Shown here one piece after another: positions 8,463 to 11,178 of a DNA stretch of 11,178 nucleotides. Below the pieces are notes generated by a model. That model saw nothing but the letters and a program-made list of their open reading frames with translations. It was not told the DNA's origin and did no database searches. The DNA comes from Deferrisomatales bacterium (GTDB taxonomy: Bacteria > Desulfobacterota > Deferrisomatia > Deferrisomatales > JACRMM01): assembly GCA_033551855.1 (NCBI GenBank), contig JAWSUI010000006.1, positions 1 to 11,178 on the forward strand, given 5' to 3'. The translations under genes were made by a program, and so were the position numbers. The stretch's first letter is position 1. Every line of letters starts with the position of its first letter.

Positions 8463-8553
8463 AGGCAGGGGGACAGCACCAGAAAGGCATCTGGGGCCCC
8501 AGCGAGTGACTTGGAGGGTCCGAAAACACCCGCTTCCAAGGAAGCCGGCGCGA

Positions 8554-8583
8554 ATCCTATCGGGCGGGCCATGATTGTGTCAA
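8554..8583 (-). promoter_or_regulatory. Sigma70-type promoter for the pilM operon
   Basis: Perfect -35 TTGACA (8583-8578), 18-nt spacer, -10 TAGGAT (8559-8554; 4/6 match with the conserved T, A and final T). Correctly oriented about 100 nt upstream of pilM. Confidence 0.7.
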
Positions 8584-8593
8584 GATTGACCCA
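8576..8593. promoter_or_regulatory. Near-perfect inverted repeat overlapping the -35 element (candidate operator)
   Basis: + strand TGTGTCAA-GA-TTGACCCA; the arms match at 7/8 positions, core GTCAA-N2-TTGAC. Confidence 0.4.
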
Positions 8594-8595
8594 GC

Positions 8596-8663
8596 AGAAA
8601 CCCACCCCAGAGGCAGTATCGGTCCCGATGCTATGGGACTTGAGCCGACAGGGGTGAAATTCT
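8596..8663 (-). terminator. Extended stem-loop just downstream of gyrA (possible weak terminator or mRNA 3' structure)
   Basis: Nested pairings by eye: AGAA/TTCT, CACCCC/GGGGTG, TGTCG/CGATA, GTCCC/GGGAC. Only a short TTT follows the main GC stem, so it is not a canonical intrinsic terminator. Confidence 0.3.
8616..8643 (-). promoter_or_regulatory. Possible sigma28 (FliA)-like promoter
   Basis: TCAAG-N15-ACCGATAC versus the T(A/C)AAG-N14-GCCGATAA consensus; the spacer is 1 nt long and the -10 has two mismatches. Confidence 0.3.
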
Positions 8664-8670
8664 TTTCCTC

Positions 8671-11106
8671 TCACTCCTCCTCTTCCTCGATCACCCGGGC
8701 CAGGGACACCACGGTCTCCCCTGTCTCCACCTCGAAGAGCTTGACGCCTTGGGTGTTCCGCCCAATGACCGGGATCCCGGACACGGCGGTTCGGATGAGC
8801 TTGCCGCTGCTGGCGATGAGCAGCACGTGCTCGGATTCCTCCACGGCCACGACCGCCGTGACGGGGCCGTTTCGGGGCGTGGTCTTGATCGTGATGATGC
8901 CGCGCCCTCCCCGGGACTGGCGACGGTACTCCCCGAGCTCCGTGCGCTTGCCGAAGCCGTTCTCCGTCACCGTGAGCAGAGTCGTCCCCGGCCGGATGAC
9001 CTCGGCAGCGACCACTGCGTCTGCCCCCTGCAGGTCGATCCCCTTCACCCCGCGGCTGGCCCTGCCGGTGGCCCGCACGTCCGCCTCGGGAAACCGGATC
9101 GCCAACCCGTTGCGCGTGCTCAACACGATATCCTGCTCTCCGTCCGTGAGATGCGTGACGACCAGGTCGTCCCCCTCGTCCAGCGTGAGGGCCTGGATCC
9201 CCCGATTTCTCCACGGCCGGCTGAAGGCCAGGAGGTCGGTCTTCTTCACGATGCCCTTGCGGGTGGCCATGAAAACGAAGCCCCCGGACCGGAACTCCTT
9301 CACCGGCAGGTAGGCGGAGATCGTCTCGCCCTTCTCCATGGGCAGCAGGTTCACGATCGCCTTGCCCTTGGCCGCCGCCCCAGCCTGAGGGATCTCGTGG
9401 ACCTTGAGCCAGTACACCTTGCCCCGATCGCTGAAGAACAGGATGTACGTGTGGGTGCTTGCCACAAAGAGGTGCTCGACGAAGTCCTCCTCCCGCGTGA
9501 TCATTCCCAGGCGCCCCTTGCCTCCCCGCCGCTGGCTTCGGTACTGGGCCACCGGGTTGCGCTTGACGTAGCCGGCGTGGGAGATGGTCACTACCATCTC
9601 TTCCTCGGCAATCAGATCCTCTACCGTGATCTCCTCGGTATGGGCCACCAGCTCGGTGCGGCGCTCGTCCCCGTACTTGGCGCGGATCTCTTCGAAGTCG
9701 GCCACCAGCAGGTCGGAGACCTTTCGCTCGTCGGCCAGGATGGCCTCCAGTTCCTGGATGAGGAGCAGGGTCTCCCGGTAGTCCTGCAGGATCTTCTCCC
9801 GCTCGAGCCCCGTCAGGCGGTGCAGGCGAAGCTCGAGAATGTGCCTGGCCTGTGCCTCGGAGAGGGCGAAGGTCGCCATGAGGCCCTCGCGGGCCTCGGC
9901 GGGGGAGGGAGAGCGCCGGATCAGGGCGATCACCGCGTCCAGGTTGTCCAGGGCGATCTTGAGCCCCTCGAGGAGGTGGGCCCTCTCCCTCGCCTTGCGC
10001 AGACGGAAGTGTGTCTTGCGCAGGGTGACCTCACGCCGGTGGTCCAGGAAATACCCGAGGGTCTCCTTGATGGTGAGGACCCGGGGCTGATTGCCGACGA
10101 TGGCCAGGAGATTGACACCGAAAGCCACTTCCATGCGGGTGTGCTTGTACAGCTGATTGAGGACGATCCGGGGGTCCTCGCCCCTCTTCAGCTCCACCAC
10201 GACACGCAGCCCTTCCCGGTCGGACTCGTCCCGCAAGTCGGAGATTCCCTCGATCCTCTTTTCCCGGACCAGTTCGGCAATCTCTTCCACGAGCTTCGCC
10301 TTGTTGACCGCGTAGGGCACCTCGGTGACGATGATGGCCTCCCTGCCGGAACGTGGGTGGGTCTCCACCTCCGTGCGGGCCCGCAGGCGCAGCAGCCCCT
10401 TGCCCGTGGTGTACGCTTCCTGGATCCCGCGAACACCGTAGATGAACCCCCCCGTGGGAAAGTCGGGCCCGGGCACCACCCGCATGATCTCGGCGATGCT
10501 GGCATCGGGCCGCCGGATGAGGAGGATCAGGGCGTCGCAGAGCTCTCCGATGTTGTGGGGCGGGATGTTGGTGCTCATGCCCACGGCGATGCCGGAGCTG
10601 CCGTTGGCCAGGAGGTTGGGGAACCGCGACGGCATGACCACGGGCTCGGAGAGGGACCCGTCGTAGTTCGGAAGGAAATCGACGGTCTCCATTTCGATGT
10701 CGGCGAGCATCTCCCCGGCGAGCTTTGCCATGCGAACCTCGGTGTAGCGCATGGCCGCCGGGGCGTCGCCGTCGATGGACCCGAAGTTTCCCTGCCCCTC
10801 CACCAAGGGGTAGCGCAGGCTGAAGTCCTGGGCCATCCGGACCAGGGTATCGTAGACCGCGGCATCCCCGTGGGGATGGTACTTGCCGATGACGTCGCCC
10901 ACGACCCGGGCGGACTTCTTGTAGGGTTTGTCCCATCGATTGCCCAGGTCGTGCATCGCGAAGAGGACGCGCCGGTGCACGGGCTTGAGCCCGTCGCGCA
11001 CGTCCGGCAGCGCCCGGCCGATGATCACGCTCATGGCGTAATCCAGGTACGAGCGCTTCATCTCCTCTTCGATGGCAACGGGAAGTCGGTTCGTGCGGGT
11101 GTGCAT
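8671..11106 (-). CDS. gyrA: DNA gyrase subunit A (811 aa)
   Basis: [39 protein letters not shown] and catalytic AAMRY121TE. An intact GyrA box QRRGGKG (9514-9534) and beta-pinwheel repeats distinguish it from ParC. SD GGAG lies 5 nt before the ATG. Confidence 0.98.
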   Translation of the reverse strand: MHTRTNRLPVAIEEEMKRSYLDYAMSVIIGRALPDVRDGLKPVHRRVLFAMHDLGNRWDKPYKKSARVVGDVIGKYHPHGDAAVYDTLVRMAQDFSLRYPLVEGQGNFGSIDGDAPAAMRYTEVRMAKLAGEMLADIEMETVDFLPNYDGSLSEPVVMPSRFPNLLANGSSGIAVGMSTNIPPHNIGELCDALILLIRRPDASIAEIMRVVPGPDFPTGGFIYGVRGIQEAYTTGKGLLRLRARTEVETHPRSGREAIIVTEVPYAVNKAKLVEEIAELVREKRIEGISDLRDESDREGLRVVVELKRGEDPRIVLNQLYKHTRMEVAFGVNLLAIVGNQPRVLTIKETLGYFLDHRREVTLRKTHFRLRKARERAHLLEGLKIALDNLDAVIALIRRSPSPAEAREGLMATFALSEAQARHILELRLHRLTGLEREKILQDYRETLLLIQELEAILADERKVSDLLVADFEEIRAKYGDERRTELVAHTEEITVEDLIAEEEMVVTISHAGYVKRNPVAQYRSQRRGGKGRLGMITREEDFVEHLFVASTHTYILFFSDRGKVYWLKVHEIPQAGAAAKGKAIVNLLPMEKGETISAYLPVKEFRSGGFVFMATRKGIVKKTDLLAFSRPWRNRGIQALTLDEGDDLVVTHLTDGEQDIVLSTRNGLAIRFPEADVRATGRASRGVKGIDLQGADAVVAAEVIRPGTTLLTVTENGFGKRTELGEYRRQSRGGRGIITIKTTPRNGPVTAVVAVEESEHVLLIASSGKLIRTAVSGIPVIGRNTQGVKLFEVETGETVVSLARVIEEEEE

Positions 11107-11178
11107 GGCCTCTCCACGGGGGGCGGGTCGCGGTGCCCGCGCTTTGTATCACACAAGGGGGGTCGCTCAGAAGGCTCT

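Noticed and set aside
8586..8620. Divergent plus-strand promoter from TTGACC, antisense to gyrA
   Set aside because: No plausible -10 element at 16-18 nt spacing.
8452..8670. GEMM-I (c-di-GMP/cGAMP) riboswitch upstream of pilM
   Set aside because: I could not find the GNRA-tetraloop P1 stem followed by CGCAAAGC and the tetraloop-receptor pattern. A covariance-model search would be decisive.
8671..11106. Topoisomerase IV subunit ParC instead of GyrA
   Set aside because: The canonical GyrA box QRRGGKG and a full-length pinwheel domain are present.
1..11178. CRISPR arrays, tandem repeats, IS elements, tRNA/rRNA, defence or otherwise novel multi-gene systems
   Set aside because: The window is almost fully tiled by recognised housekeeping and pilus genes. 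I saw no repeat-spacer periodicity, transposase or integrase motifs, or RNA gene signatures by eye.

Overview
High-GC bacterial chromosomal window with all real genes on the minus strand: gyrA, a 219-bp intergenic region, then a tightly overlapped cluster pilM-pilN-pilO-pilP-pilQ-aroC-aroK-aroB and a 73-aa putative lipoprotein ORF. The pilMNOPQ-aroC-aroK-aroB order matches what I recall for Geobacter-like deltaproteobacteria (Desulfobacterota), but that lineage call is an inference. This is essentially a conserved housekeeping/type IV pilus locus. I see no mobile element, CRISPR array, tRNA/rRNA, defence system or other clearly new multi-gene system. The points worth checking are modest: the structured gyrA-pilM intergenic region (sigma70 promoter with an overlapping inverted repeat, a possible sigma28-like promoter, alternative leader hairpins), a lipobox on the PilQ secretin, the small orphan-looking lipoprotein coupled to aroB, Ala at the GyrA Ser83-equivalent position, and the gyrA-pilM adjacency.
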